Assembly (NCBI GenBank): GCA_964247055.1
Contig: OZ176055.1
Location: forward strand, 806,001-870,000
Length of the DNA: 64,000 nucleotides
Direction: 5' to 3'
Source of the DNA: Paragordius varius
Lineage: Eukaryota > Animalia > Nematomorpha
In this document: one piece after another, positions 26,601-41,317 of the stretch
How positions within the stretch are numbered: position 1 is the stretch's first letter
Layout: the number at the start of each line of letters is the position of its first letter
Program-made: the position numbers and the translations under genes
The notes under the pieces: model-generated
The model's input: the letters and a program-made list of their open reading frames with translations, nothing else
The model's database searches: none
What the model was told of the DNA's origin: nothing

Positions 26601-29217
26601 AATACGCAGTAAGATAAAATTTTAACGACAAGAAAATTAATTTTTTCATTTCAAATAAACCGTATTTTAAACCTTGATTTTTTTATATAAAATCTATGGT
26701 TTTTTGAAGGAAAAATAGGAATTAATTAAATAATTTATTTGGGAAAATTAAGGTTTAAAAAAGGGTTGAAAAAATATTTGTCCTTATATTTTAACGTTTT
26801 GTTCTTACAATTAAATTTACACCTTTTAAGTATGGTATTTGAAATTTCAAAAATATACGATAAGAAATAATTATAAACTACCTAAAACTAAAGTATATAC
26901 TCAAAATGCTAATAATATTAATTAAAGAATAAAAATATTATTCGCATTTAATTTAAAAAAAACAAAAAAAAACTTCGGCATTTAGTTAAATCATTCGGGT
27001 CTCTTTCATAAGTTAGGGGGCATTCGCATTTATAGGCTCCTGGGGTATTCACACAGAAAGAAAGTTGCGTACAATTATGCAATAAAGGGTTAGAACATTC
27101 ATCGATATCTAAATACAATATTTAATTAATTAATAAGAAACATTTAAGGTAATTGGTTTATTTCGTATGCAGTCAAAATATATAAGCATAAAGTTGCTTG
27201 TTTTATTTATGTGACCCCTCAAGCATATGCAGTATAAACTAAAATTATACGGACAAAAAGTAAAAATATAAAGACAAATATTTTTTCCTAAACAGAAAAC
27301 CATACTTTTTAAATGATTAATTTCAATATAACTCATTGTTTTAAATGGCAAAGTGTGAAATAGAGATATATATATATTACTAACACAATCAATTCTATAT
27401 TTTACGATTGTAACATATGGGGAACATTTAGGTTATAAAAAATATGGTTGTCTTTAAAATAAAGATAGTCTTTGAGGTTTTGTCCGTAAAATTTCAATTT
27501 TACTGAAATAAAAAAATATGTCTGTTTATAATTAATAGCATATGGTGCAAATTATGAAAGTTACTACAAGTTATTTTCAACTAAATTCACTTAAAATTAG
27601 ATGTTTTTATAAAATATAAATGTTGGTATTACAAGTGTTCAAAGAATTATAAAAAAGTTAATAAATAGCCTTTTACTTTACAAGTTTTTAAAAAAATGGT
27701 TATCTTGACAATAAGTCAATCTATTGGCTAAACAATATTCATTAAAAATAGGGCCAATTAAAACATTCAGTTTGAATTGTGACTTAAAGAATCCATAATA
27801 AAACAACACAAAATTGTGATAAAATGTTATAATAATACGCCTTACCCCATTTCTATGGCTGTTTGAATACAATATTAAACTAATGGAAGATAGATATATC
27901 TAAAAATACTATCAAGGTAATTATAAAAACATTTCAATATAAGATATATTACCTATTCCAATCGTAAACGCGTTATAAATTTGATTTTAAAGGAAAAATT
28001 AAATTCATTTAAGGTTCTTATAAACTTAAAAAAATATATTGAAAGAGCTGTATCGGGCACATTATAAAAAGAATATATAATATAATATACTATATACCAT
28101 TTAAAGTTTAAATTCACCCTTGAACAATTCAAATTGATCCATTAACAATTAAAATTCATCCTCAAACAATTCAAATTCACCCTAAAATTAATTATTTTTA
28201 AGATTAGAAATTACCTTAATTTCATGATATTTTAAATATATCAATTCTGTTTAAAATTAATATAATGCTGAAAAAATAATATAATATGTCATAAAAAATT
28301 ATGTCATATTAATGATGAGTTATATTGTAGCTGCCTGAAAACACAATTTATTTTTAGGGTGAATTTGAATTGTTTAAGAGTGAATTTAAATTTTCCGAAG
28401 GTCAATTTAAATCGTTCGAAGGTGAATTTGGAAAAATTTTAATCTAAATTTCGTTTTTGCATAAACCTTGACAAGTTACATTGTATGAATCCCAAACATA
28501 ACCCGGGGAACATTCACACCGATAACCTCCTGGCGTATTTATACAAAGGGCGGCATTTGCATGATGGCACAGATTATGAGTATCCATACACTCATCAATA
28601 TCTTTTATAAAATAAATAAAAAAATGAAATTGAAATTTATACGGACAAAACGTAAAAATAAATAAAAAGGTTTTTTTCATTAAAAGATCGCTCTAAATTG
28701 CTTTTTTTAAAAAATAACTATTTATTGTTTAAGACTGTAAAGTATGAAATAGAAAATATTGATGGACAATTAATTATGTTTTTTTACGATTGTAATTAAA
28801 TAATTTACATAAGATAAATTAATGATTGTTTTTGAAAAAAAATATTTGTCCTTATATTTTTACGTTTTGACCGTAGAATTTAAATTTTTACCATATATAT
28901 ATAATAAAGTATCAAAAAAATACACTAAAACTATAATTAATGCCTAGAAATTTTATACATCATTTGTTTTAATAAAGTTAACTTTAAAATGGTGCTAAAA
29001 TCATTTATGCATTAAAAAATATACACCCTAAATTTTTAAGTTGATATCATAAAAATATATCCTAATACCTAGTTTTAAAAAATTTAATTTTGACTAATTG
29101 GTTATTTGAATTAATTTTTAAAGGAATGTAATCTTAACTCTGTTCTATGGCCATTTAAATAACCCGTATTTTTTTTTCAAATTACTTATAACACCAAGAT
29201 TTTTAAAGACTTTTTAT

Positions 29218-29255
<38 letters not shown>

Positions 29256-32200
29256 CGATAAATACTTTATGTGTTTTTTTAGTTCATATAAAATAAGTTT
29301 CATAGTATTTATATATATATATGGTTCGAAAAAACAAAATCAATGCCTAATAATTTACCTATACATTGACCATCAGATTGTAAAAGATACCCTGGGGGAC
29401 ATGAACACATTTCGCGACCCGATTGAATAGTACAGTACGAGGAATTTATACATTCCGACATGAGACAACCTTAAAATTGTTGAAAAAATATAAAAATGAT
29501 TAAACATATAAAGAAAATGACAGATATATATTATAATTAAAAATCAATTTTAAACTTTACTTTCGTAATCAAAACATTCAATCTTATATTTCAAATCATC
29601 TAAGGCAGGTTAAATGGAAATATTCAAGGAATAAAAAATACAGTTTTACTCAAAAAAATGTTAGATACGTAAATGATTTTTGGTTAACTTAAGTTTTCGA
29701 TTTTAAAGAGTAATAAAATTGATTGATAAAAATCAAACACTTTGAATCATGGAATTACCAATCCTAAAATGCTCTTTTTATCATTCATCATTAAACCACA
29801 GTTTTATATCAACAAAACAAACCATTGATTAAAAATTCTTTAAAACAATTACGTTTTAACTATAACTGCAAAAATCGTCAAAATTTTCAAAAAATAAAAT
29901 TTATGTAACTAACCCTGTTTGGGTCGACACGTTTCTCTGGGTGCATTAGGATTGCTTAAACTTTCAGGTTCGAAACCGTCAAAACAGGCACATTGGAAGG
30001 AACCCGGGCGATTTATACAAATTTGCGTGCAATTATTACGATGAGGCGATTCAAGGCGATCACATTCATCAAAATCTACATACATTAACATACATTACCA
30101 TATATAAGTATTATAAACAAAATGACAAAAAATAAAGACCAAAATTTCTTTTCTTGATTCAATTACAACCACACCCCTTTTTTAGTTCTTAATATCCTTA
30201 AAAAATATGGAAATTTATTTAAAAAACGTGTCATCGAATAAATAAAATATCGAACGGTTTCAGATACTATTACGTATGCCCATCCACAGCGTTAAAACAA
30301 AATATAAATGATATCGGCCAAACCGCATAGGAAAGTTAAAACACGCCTGAATGAACACAAGTGTAACATAAAGAATGGAGATTTTAAGAGTTTTATTGCG
30401 GAGGAACATTGTTGGAAGGAAAATAATAATGTTGCCTTTGACAATTAATGTCAGTTGCATTACAATTTTCAATAAAATTCAAAGGCTTACGCGGTAATCA
30501 TTAGAAATTCTCAAAGAAAACAACTTTAACCGAGAGGAGGGACAAAAGATGAGTGATATATGGAAAGTCATTCATAATGATTGATCCCATATGGACTCTT
30601 TTGTTTTCCACTCAAAGTTGTTGTCCCTTATTTATTTTTTGTGTCTTTATTTTAGTATACGGTTGTAAATTTAATAAATTGTTTGTTCGACATGGTTTAA
30701 ACCATTCTCAATGACAAATTGTTTTAACTTATTATTTTTAAGGAAAAAAAACAACAATAAACGTTTTTAAAAATTGTATATAAAGAACAACCATTTTATC
30801 CATACTCATTTAAATATATATTTTTTTAACGCTGAGGACGGACATAGGTTATAGTGTCCGAAACCGTACACAAATTTTATGTTTTTAAATAAATTTCCAT
30901 ATTTTTTATACAATTCACGGGTAAAAAATGAATGATTGTACTGATATATACATCCTTACTTAATTCATAACTTGCTATTAGTTTATATGTGTAGCTGGAA
31001 AATTTCTTTTTTTTCTATTAAAAGCATCAATATTAGTCGTTGTGTATGTGTATTGCTACAATCGAGTTGGACATTTTGCAATTATCGTTACATGGATAAA
31101 AGGTCTTATTTAAGCTTTCAGTGTTATTTTATGTTATATATTGTTGGAACAAATCCCATTTTTTATTCATTAGATAATACTTCAAATCTTTATATATAAA
31201 TAAAGCACCAGCACCTTTATTTCAATTAAATTTGCCAAATGATTAAATTTTAGACTTTGTAAAGTTCAGATATAATAAAAATTTTAAATTTATATATATT
31301 TCCAAAATATATTCAATACTGAATTTGGTCGGAACAAAAAAATAACTCTTGAGCAAAAATTATTTCTTATTATGATTCTTTTATATTAAACCTATGCTTT
31401 TATTGTTCAAAAACCTTTATATATATACATTTAGAAACGAAAAAATCAATTTTCTAACGTTTTATTTCATTTAAATTATAAATCAAAATGTTAATGATGA
31501 TAAAAATTTCAAATAACCTATGCAATGAGGATTATTATTATTGTTGTTTTCAAAAGATCCCGAGGGCGCCAATCTAAATCCGGGACGACAAATGCATTTG
31601 AAACCTTGATCCAAATTAATGCATTCCATATTTTCTCCACAAACATCTCCATCTAGGCACTCATTAATGCCTATAATGCCATAAAAATATTATAAAAAGG
31701 AAATTTATTAAATATAGTGTCTCAAAACTAGAAAAAGGTAAAATATTATTAAAAAATATATATTAAAAGATTATTGATTACAGTTAAAACTGGACAAAAC
31801 GTAAAAATATTATTAAAGACAAATATTTGTTTCTAAAAAAGAAGACAATAACCTCATGCTTGTTATATCACTCTCTAAATTTACCCCATAAAAATTATGT
31901 AATTATAAAATACATAATTGATTGAGAGTTACCAATCATAGTCACATTTCTAATTCATACTTTTCCAATAAAAACGTGTGTGTTAGTTATATTTCAAAGA
32001 AAAAAATTATTAAAGACCTACGGTATTTTGCAAAAAAATACTTGTCTTAACTTTATATTTTAATGTTTTGTCCATATATTATAAATTTATACTCTCTGTT
32101 TGTTAACTAAATTTCTTATGTAACGATATAAAAATGTAGAACATAGAAATTTTTTTATGGTGTTGCAGGTGATATGATTTAAAACTAATGTTAGTTGTTC

Positions 32201-35200
32201 ACAGTAATTAGACTTTATAAATTGTATTTGCATTTTTTATAATGTACATCTTAATTTAAATAAACAATATTAACCATTTATATAAATAATTAAATTAATT
32301 TTAATTTTCAGAAAATTATATTATATTTAGCCCATACTAACATATTTTATTTCGCAAGACAATATAAAATATCTATTTTTTTTAAATAATTTAGTTTTAG
32401 GTTCTTATTACATATTAATCGATTTAATTCATGCGATATCTATTTAAATTCCATTTCTTTATTAAAAAATATAGTAAGATTATCCATGCAAATATATAAG
32501 ATTCAGCATAAAATAGAGTAAAAAATACCTGATATATCTGACTTTTTTTATAGTTTTAATTTAGAAATGAATATATATATATATATATATAAACCTAATT
32601 GATGAGATTATAGTATATTAAAATATGCGTTTTTAAAAAACAAAAAAAACTATACCCATACAAACAAATTTAATTTTTTAGATAAGGTCGATAAAAAATA
32701 TGCGGACAAAACGTAAAAATATAAAAAGATAAATCCTTTTTTCTAATAAACAACTAATTATACTTTTTCAATCTTGATTTTTAACTTACTGTTTTAAACA
32801 AAGTATAAAATAGAGACTAAAACTGGTAAAAAGTAAGGATTGAAATTAAACGCGATTTTCATAGGATAAATTAAGTTTTAAAAAGTATGGTTGTCTTTTT
32901 TAAAAAAAATTTGTCTCTATATTTTTATATTTGTCCGCAATATCAATTAGTATTTAGGATACAAAAGATTACAATTAAATAATCATTTTAATAAAAAATT
33001 ATTTTACAAAATATCAAAATTTTTTAAGAAGGATTTTACCCATACAAACATTATCGCTCAGCCTGGTTCCTGGAGGACAAACACATTTAGAAGTTACAGA
33101 TTGTGGATTTGGATATTCATTAAAACACGTAAAAGTTGGTGGGCACTTTTTTTCCGGTCGTCCGCAAACATCAATAGCTAAAAATGAAATCAAATAAATG
33201 AATATAAAGTTTTAAGTTTTTTTCTTTTAAAATTATAAAAATGATTGAATAGGGTGACATATATTTTTGTTTTAACATAGTAAAAATTTGCATATCAAAG
33301 TTTTAAAACCAATTTTTTTATCAATAATATTTTGGTCTTTGATAATTATGTTTTATGCAATTATTCTATTTTTACTGATTAATTTAATATATAAAATTTT
33401 TTTAATCTTTATAAACATAATTTAATAAATATATATATTTATTCATAAAAAACTCAATTTTGTGGTTTTAAAAGAGCAATCAAAAATTTTATATTTTTCA
33501 AACCTTTACAAGTCATATCAGGCCCAGAAGGTTCAAATCCCTCATGGCATTTACATTGGTAGAATGGGAATAGGTTTATGCAATGCGAAGTTTCAGCATT
33601 ACATTTATTCGTATCAGGCTTTGAACATTCATCAATGTCTAACGGAAAAAAAACGTAATTAACAAAATATTTAATTAATATACCAAAATCGAGTTATATA
33701 TATATATGGAGTATAAAACAAAAATATTTAGATCCTTGAACAATGATGTAAAAATTGTGAATTATAGCGGTAATTACTTCGTGGGTGACAAAACTCCGAC
33801 TTACCTTTAAAGTTAAAACAAGTAACTCATAATTTTTAATTTTTATACAAAACTTAAGTTATTACAATTAAATAAGGGAGGAAGAGAGGGAGTAAGGAGT
33901 TATATAATAATTAAACCGTATTTATATATAGTATAGATTATATATGGAAAAATTAGACAGTCTTAGGTTTGACATTTTTTTCAATAAAATTTCATTCTTT
34001 AACTTTTGCATGTGCTACGTATATGTTAAATATTAGCTATAAAATAAATTTAAAATTGATGGTTTGTTTTGAGGATTTGATGAGTATTAGGAAACTTAAA
34101 CTTACAGCAATAGATATATTTGAGTGGCATAATAATAATATACAATGAATAAATAAGTTAAAACGGTTACAAAATGTAAAAATTTGTTATAAGGACAACT
34201 ATATTTTATACAGTCATGTATCCTTTATTTTATCAAAAATTTATTTTTTTTTCGTTAAATGGATACAAATATTTGGTAAAGAATGAAAAAAACAAGAGCT
34301 TTATGGTATTAATCAATATCATAGTCATCAAAAAGTATAAGAATTACCATAGAGCTCTTGTTTTTTCCACATTCTTTACCAAATAATTAGACCCATTTAA
34401 CGTGAAAAAAAATTTTTTTTGATAAATTAAAGGATACATATATATATATATATATATATATGTGCAAAAATAATTAAAATTTGGAAATGACATAATATTA
34501 ATAATTTAAAGTATAAACCTTCGCATTTTAAACCATTTCCTTTGGCATATGAAGGACATGCCGGGCATGTTAAATCTTCCAAATTTCGTAAAACATCAAT
34601 CCTATTTGTCGCATTATAATGGAATAAAAAAATAATTTTTTAATTTATTTTCAAAAACATAATTGCGTATTGAGTTTGTATTGTATTAAACTTTGAAAGA
34701 AAACTTAAGTTATAAAGTAATATCGATAAAAAGTAGTTCGCTAAAAAAAATTTTTTAATAAAAAATCAACCATGGTTTTCGACACTTAAAGATAAATATA
34801 TAACCGAAATTAATGATTCCAATTCCAAATATAACTTTGAATCGAATATACATCTCTCTTGCCTATATTTCGCAATTAAAAACAATAAAAATTATAAAAA
34901 TACTGTTGCTTTACGAAAAAAATCTAAGCCTTTTAATTATTTCTTTCAAGCATTTTTTTCTCTCAAACTATATAAAAATTAAATTCTTTATATAGTGTAG
35001 GTGCGTATAAAATTACCCATCTTTCGCGGGTAAAAGACATGGCGCGCCCTTAAAACACGGATTTAGGGCGCAATAATGTTGATCACAATGTGGACCGAAA
35101 CGATTTGGTTTACAGTGACAAGGTAGCTAATATGAAAATTTAATATAATTATCAAATAAAACGTATCATATATCATTTACAATTCAAATTAACCTTTAAA

Positions 35201-36844
35201 CAGTTCAAATTCACCCTTGAACAATTCAAATTCACCCTAAAATAAATAACATGTTTTTAAAATAAAAATTTACTTATATTTTAATATATTTTTAAAAAAT
35301 AAAATTTTGTTATAAAAAATAATACTGAAAAAAATAATTAATTCTTATGCCATAAAGATATATTTTATATTAATAATGAGTTATATTAGTTCGAGGGTGA
35401 ATTTGAATTGTTCAAGGGTGAATTTGAATTGTTCGAGGGTTAATTTGAATTGTTCGAGGGTTAATTTGAATTGTAAATGGAATACATTAGTTGAAAATAA
35501 TAAACAGTGCCAGCCTTCCTTAGATATTATAATTTGATAAAATTTAATAAAATTTTACTTTATTTTAGCAGGTAAAAAATTATAAATTTAGTAATGGGAA
35601 AAAAACGCTGATTTTTTTCATCCAATATGTTTTAGAGACTACTTGTTCCAAGTTTTTTTATAAAAATTACTATTCTATAATAATATTATGGCAAAAAATA
35701 ATTTAAATATTCCACATCATCAGTTTCAAATTCACATTGTAATTAACACATTTTTAAAAAAAATAGATTAAGGTATGTATTTATAGATTTTTCTTAGAGG
35801 GTTAATAAAATCAAAATATTCCCTCCATATAAGTTCCCCCTATTTACAAGTAAAAAAAATTTCAAACCCAAAAATTTTTTTACCCAAAAAATTTTTTTTA
35901 TCAAATAACTCCAAAAAAAAGTTTTACCGGAATGTATAAGCCTGTAGGAGCTACACGCATAAATTCAGGCACCATTATATCTGTTATTGAAGAAAAATTA
36001 TTTTGCCTTTTTCTATTTTCCGAATTATTTTGGGTAAAATTTATTTCATGATCAGGTGAACATTGTTTTAAAGCAACTGATGGTCTGTATACAAAGGTAG
36101 GAATTTTGTTTTCCATTACAAATATGGCAATTCTCACGGGGCCAAAATTATCGGGGTGAAAATTAAATGTGCTATATAAATATAAAAAATTCATTTAATT
36201 TTTTCTTATTCTATTGCAATCATAATTTAGGTAAAATTAAATAAATTTATTAGGGGTAAATTTTCGATTACTACAAGTATTATTTGTCAAACGTAATAAA
36301 ATTAAAATGTAAATTAAAATATAAAATTTTTAATAATTATCATGATATAAAATTTAATCATTTAGATATGTCGTAAATATTTAATTTACGGTAAAAATTG
36401 AAATTTTATGGACTAAATGTAAAAATATAAAGGCAAATATTTTTTTTCTATGACATAACCCCATACTTTTTATATCTTGATTTTTTAAATATAACCTCTT
36501 AGTTTAAAACTGTAAAGTGTGAATTAGAGATATATATAGGAAACACAATCAATTATGTATTTTACAAAAAAATCATTATTATAGGATCAATTTAGGTTTG
36601 AAAAAATATGGTTGGTTGTCTTTTGAAAAAAAAATTGTTTTTATATTTTTAAATTTTTATTAATAATTTCGCAAAAACTAAATTTGTATAGAATAGACAA
36701 AATACTAAACATTCGAAAAAAACCAATATATTTTAAAAGGCGGATTTTTATGTAAAATATTTAATATTAAATTTCAGATCTTTAAAGATATATACCAGTT
36801 TATCATTTTTATGTTTAAAATTTTATAAAATAGTCAAAATAGCT

Positions 36845-36904
<60 letters not shown>

Positions 36905-39900
36905 AAGCAAAGAAATATATTTTATTTAAAAACAAAAAATTAATAAATACTCTATTAAACCATTCATTATATATAATTTTTTAAAAGTTATATACATTAT
37001 GCATTTAATGGTAGATTTTTTCCCACTATAGTAGAAGGCAATTTGCAACACACAAGAGTGTATGGAAAAACGAAAGTAAGGATATGGTTTATTCAATATT
37101 TTGTTCTTTTTTCCATGAACTACTGTATAGTGTTGCAAATTGCCCCTTACTATAGTGTGTGATTAAGTATAGCAATTATTGAAGGAAAAAAAATTATAAA
37201 GACAAAATGTTAAAATATAAAGACAAAATTTTTTTCACAAAAAATAGCCTCATACCTTTTTTAACCTTAATTCCTATAAAAAACATTTAATTACAATCGT
37301 AAAATACATGATTGATTGAATTGCCAATCAACATCTCTATTTTATATATTTTGTAATTTAAAACAATCAGTTATCATTAAAATAGTAAAAATTCAAAAAA
37401 TATGGTTGTCTTTTATAGAAAATAATATTTGTCTTTATAATTTACGTTTCAATGGATTTCAATTTTTATTGTTTTTAATTTAAAAAGTATTTAAACATGT
37501 ATATACGCACCCATTAGGATAAATGTACAGCTGGCCATTGGAAAAGGTTGTTTCCAATTTATTTTGCCGTCCTGAATAATGATTCAGCTTGTAATTAAAC
37601 CAATTATTTTGAAAAGGTACCAGGGTTAAAAGATTAGGGCCCAAAAATTTCAAGATTGGTAGGTCTAGAAAAATTGTAATTAAATAAAATTTAATGCGCA
37701 ACCTGAGTAATTGTAGAAAGATATATAATTAAGCTCGTCATCTTGTTAGCAATGTTTAAAAAAGTTATTTTTTTATTACGATAAATGATTTTAACAAGTT
37801 AATATAATACAGTATGCAGTTTATGAATGGTTGCTTATTTCACTGCACTATATTAGGGGGCAATTTGCAAAACACAAGAGTGTATGGAAAAAAGAAAGGA
37901 AATAATAGTTTATTCAACCTTTTATTGTTTTTTCCATACGCTACTGTGTGGCGAATTGCCCCCTAATATAGTGTAAAATAAAATGCATACTGTAACACAA
38001 TGTGTATCATTAAATTTATTTTAAATTAAACACTAACAATTTACAGGTAAAATCTAAATGACAAATATTTTAAAAGGATAGGTCTACTTTAAAACCCTTA
38101 AGTTTTTTTAATACATACATAATTTAAAATTATAAAAAATGTGAAATGTATAATTGAGTGTGTGGTAACTAAATTTCTTACATTTTTTAAACCTAAAAAA
38201 CATGGTTTAGTTTAATAATAATAAAGGTTGTTTTATCAAAAAAATATTTAGCCTTTTGATTTTTACATTTTGTCTTAAATCATTTAGTAATTTTAGTAAT
38301 GTTTAAAGTTTCTTATCAATACAATACATTAAATTAAAAAAATCGTAATATAAAATGAAAATTTACGTAAAAATTTGCTGTGTGCCATCTTTTCGGTTCG
38401 TATTAGTGTGATTAATCTATGATTAAGTTCTTGACTTATGTTTAGGTGAGTTTTGTAATTAACATCGGGCAAATTTCTATTGGCCTCGGGTAAACTGGTG
38501 TATTTGATCAGGATTTCCATTAAACATACCCAATACAATATACTATTGTTTTGTCGACATTGCTATCAAATATATTAAAAAAAGCTTATTATGAGACAAA
38601 AATTAAAAAATGTATAAGGAAAAACTAAGAATTAAACACATAAAAACTTATATTTTTTGCGTAAACAAACCGTATTTTTTTATCCTTTAATTTAAGCATA
38701 ATTATATTTAACCTAAACAATAGGTAGCATATTAGATATCATAAGTTAAAACTAAAATTTTTCTTTCTAAAAAATATACGAGTTTTATCTTTTGTCTCTC
38801 TTTTGGGAATTTTAATTTTTACTGTAATAATAGGTCTAATACCTTATTTTTACCAAAAATTTACAAAAAATATTTTCCCATACAAATTTATAAAAAATCA
38901 AGCAATTACAATTAAAATCGTGGCGTCAACTATAGGCAGTTGAACAATCATCCTTTCATGAGCAATTATAGTTTCCAATTGAAGTGATTGTATAGTTAAA
39001 TCAGAACTGTTAATACTTTTTCGCACATTATTAACTTCAGATTGGGGGACTAGCAATTTAATTTCCGATTCATCCAAATTGACTTTAATGATTGATTCAT
39101 TCAGATTGATTTGGCCTTTTAAGTATACAAAAATGAACTTTTTAACTTATTTTATAGAGTATTTTTTTTAAAAAAAGTAAGGGTGTATGTAGCCTTAATA
39201 TTTTTAGAGCTGTTATTAATGTAAAATAATTAATTTTAAAAGAAGTTATATTACCATTTACAATTTAAATCACCCTTGAAGAATTTAAATTTAGTATCAA
39301 ACATTTCAAATTCACTCTTGAACAATTTATATCCACCCTCAAACAATTGAAATACAATTCAAATTCACCCTTGAACAATTCAAGTTCACCCTAAAAATAA
39401 ATTATGTGTTATCCGGCTAATATAACACATTGTTAATATAAAATTTATGTATTATTTTAATTTTAAACAAAAATATTATTTTTTAAAGCTCAAATAAAAA
39501 ATATAGCTAATTTATAATCTTAAAAGCAAGTAGTTTATTTTAGAGTGAATTTGAGAGTTTGTCAAGGATGAATCCGTAGTGTAAATGGTATATATTTTAA
39601 TATTGTCTATCTTTTCTCCATATATTAGTCAAAAAAGGCATCAATAGTGTATAAAAGTAGTTTTTTAAGTCCCCATATATATATTTTACTACCATATATT
39701 AAATTAACAATTATAAAACTGCTCAGTATTCTTTTAAAGTAATTTATTTAAAATTTTATTTTTTAGATAAAAAAAATATTCTCACATAACTTTCCAAAAG
39801 CAGCTATTTGTTCAACAGATTCACCATTTTCTGGGCCCGCGTTAAAGGTTATAGAAGAATTTTGCCAATGGAATTTATGAGTTTGTTCCTCATAACTAAT

Positions 39901-40021
39901 CAGGAGTAAGGATGGTTTTTCTATCAGGGCGTGTTCAACATTACATTGGCTGGCTACTTCAATATCAAGCTTTAATCCTTGTAAATTTTGCGCATAAACC
40001 TATATTTTTAAAAAATGTTGG

Positions 40022-40056
<35 letters not shown>

Positions 40057-41284
40057 CAGTGAAAACTGAAATTATACGGGCAAAACTTAAAATATTAAGG
40101 CAAATTTTTTTTTAGTCATGCGCATAAACCTATATTTTTAAAAAATGTTGGTTGGATATAATATAGAATCTGAAATTATACGGACAAAACTTAGAATATA
40201 AAAGTCAAATATTTTTTTCTTAAAAATAACTATACTTTTTAAACTCTAGATTTATATCAATATAACTTATTGTGCATGGCAAAGTGTGAAATTGAAATAT
40301 ATAATAGTAACACAATCAATTCTATATTTTACAATTGTAACAAAGTAGCTTATATGAAAAACATTAAGGTTTTAAAAAGTATGGGGTTGTCTTTTAGAAA
40401 AAAATATTTGTCTTTATATTTTTACGTTTTGTCCGTATAATATTAATTTTTACTGTACATATATTTAATTAAAATTAAGGCATTTTTTATAAAATCAAAG
40501 AATATATCGATATTTTCTAATATATTGTTGTCTTAAAATATAGGATGTATATGGATATAAATCTATACAAATTCTGTTAGAGATTAAACTTTTATATTAA
40601 TAAAAACCTATCTTTTTTCAACAATTTTTTTATATCAACTATTAATTTTTGTAAATGTTCACTGACAATTTTAATTAAATTTAAAAAAGTTATCTGGGCA
40701 TGCATAAAACATTTAAAATTATTTAACTCAAATTCATATTCAATTTCATTTTTTAAAAAAACCATATATTTGATAAATCCTAAAATTTAATACCCGAGCA
40801 ATGTAATGGTACGTTGTAATAACAAAAGTGCGATTTGTTTCAAATTTTTCCACGCTATAAATTTCAGAATATTTTGGTAGTTGGGACATAGGAAGAGCAT
40901 TCCAATATATATTCATATGCATGGCACTTGAATTATCGTAAACTACCTGTTTAAATTTGGCATAGGTAGGGTTAAAATATTATATATATATATATATATA
41001 TATGTTTATATACCATTTACAGTTCAAATTCACCTTTGACCAATTCAAATTCACCCTAAAAATAAATTATGTATTTTTGAACTAATACAACTCATTATTA
41101 ATACAAAATATATGTTTATGTTATGTTTATTATTTTACAGTATTAATTAAATTTAAAACAAAAAATTTTATTTTTTAAAGATATATAAAAATATTGGTAA
41201 TTTTTATAAAAAACATATATTATATTTGAGGGTTTTGAATTGTTCGATGGTGAATTTGAATTGTTTAAGGGTGAAATTGTGAAT

Positions 41285-41317
<33 letters not shown>

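Larger units (their letters stand above)
26303..35126 (-). other. EGF/cbEGF array, exons 16-24
   Basis: Six symmetric phase-1 exons of 135-162 nt start DIDEC/AIDVC/GINEC/DFDEC with the 6-Cys EGF pattern; they are flanked by non-calcium EGF-like modules. Confidence 0.92.

Noticed and set aside
1994-37138. ORFs 1994-2218, 17935-18135, 25540-25785, 36926-37138
   Set aside because: Chance frames through R1/R2 MITEs.
38420-38545. Frame reading [13 protein letters not shown] as the vWD GLLG motif
   Set aside because: It is closed by TAG and phase-incompatible; the other frame links exons 12-14 cleanly.
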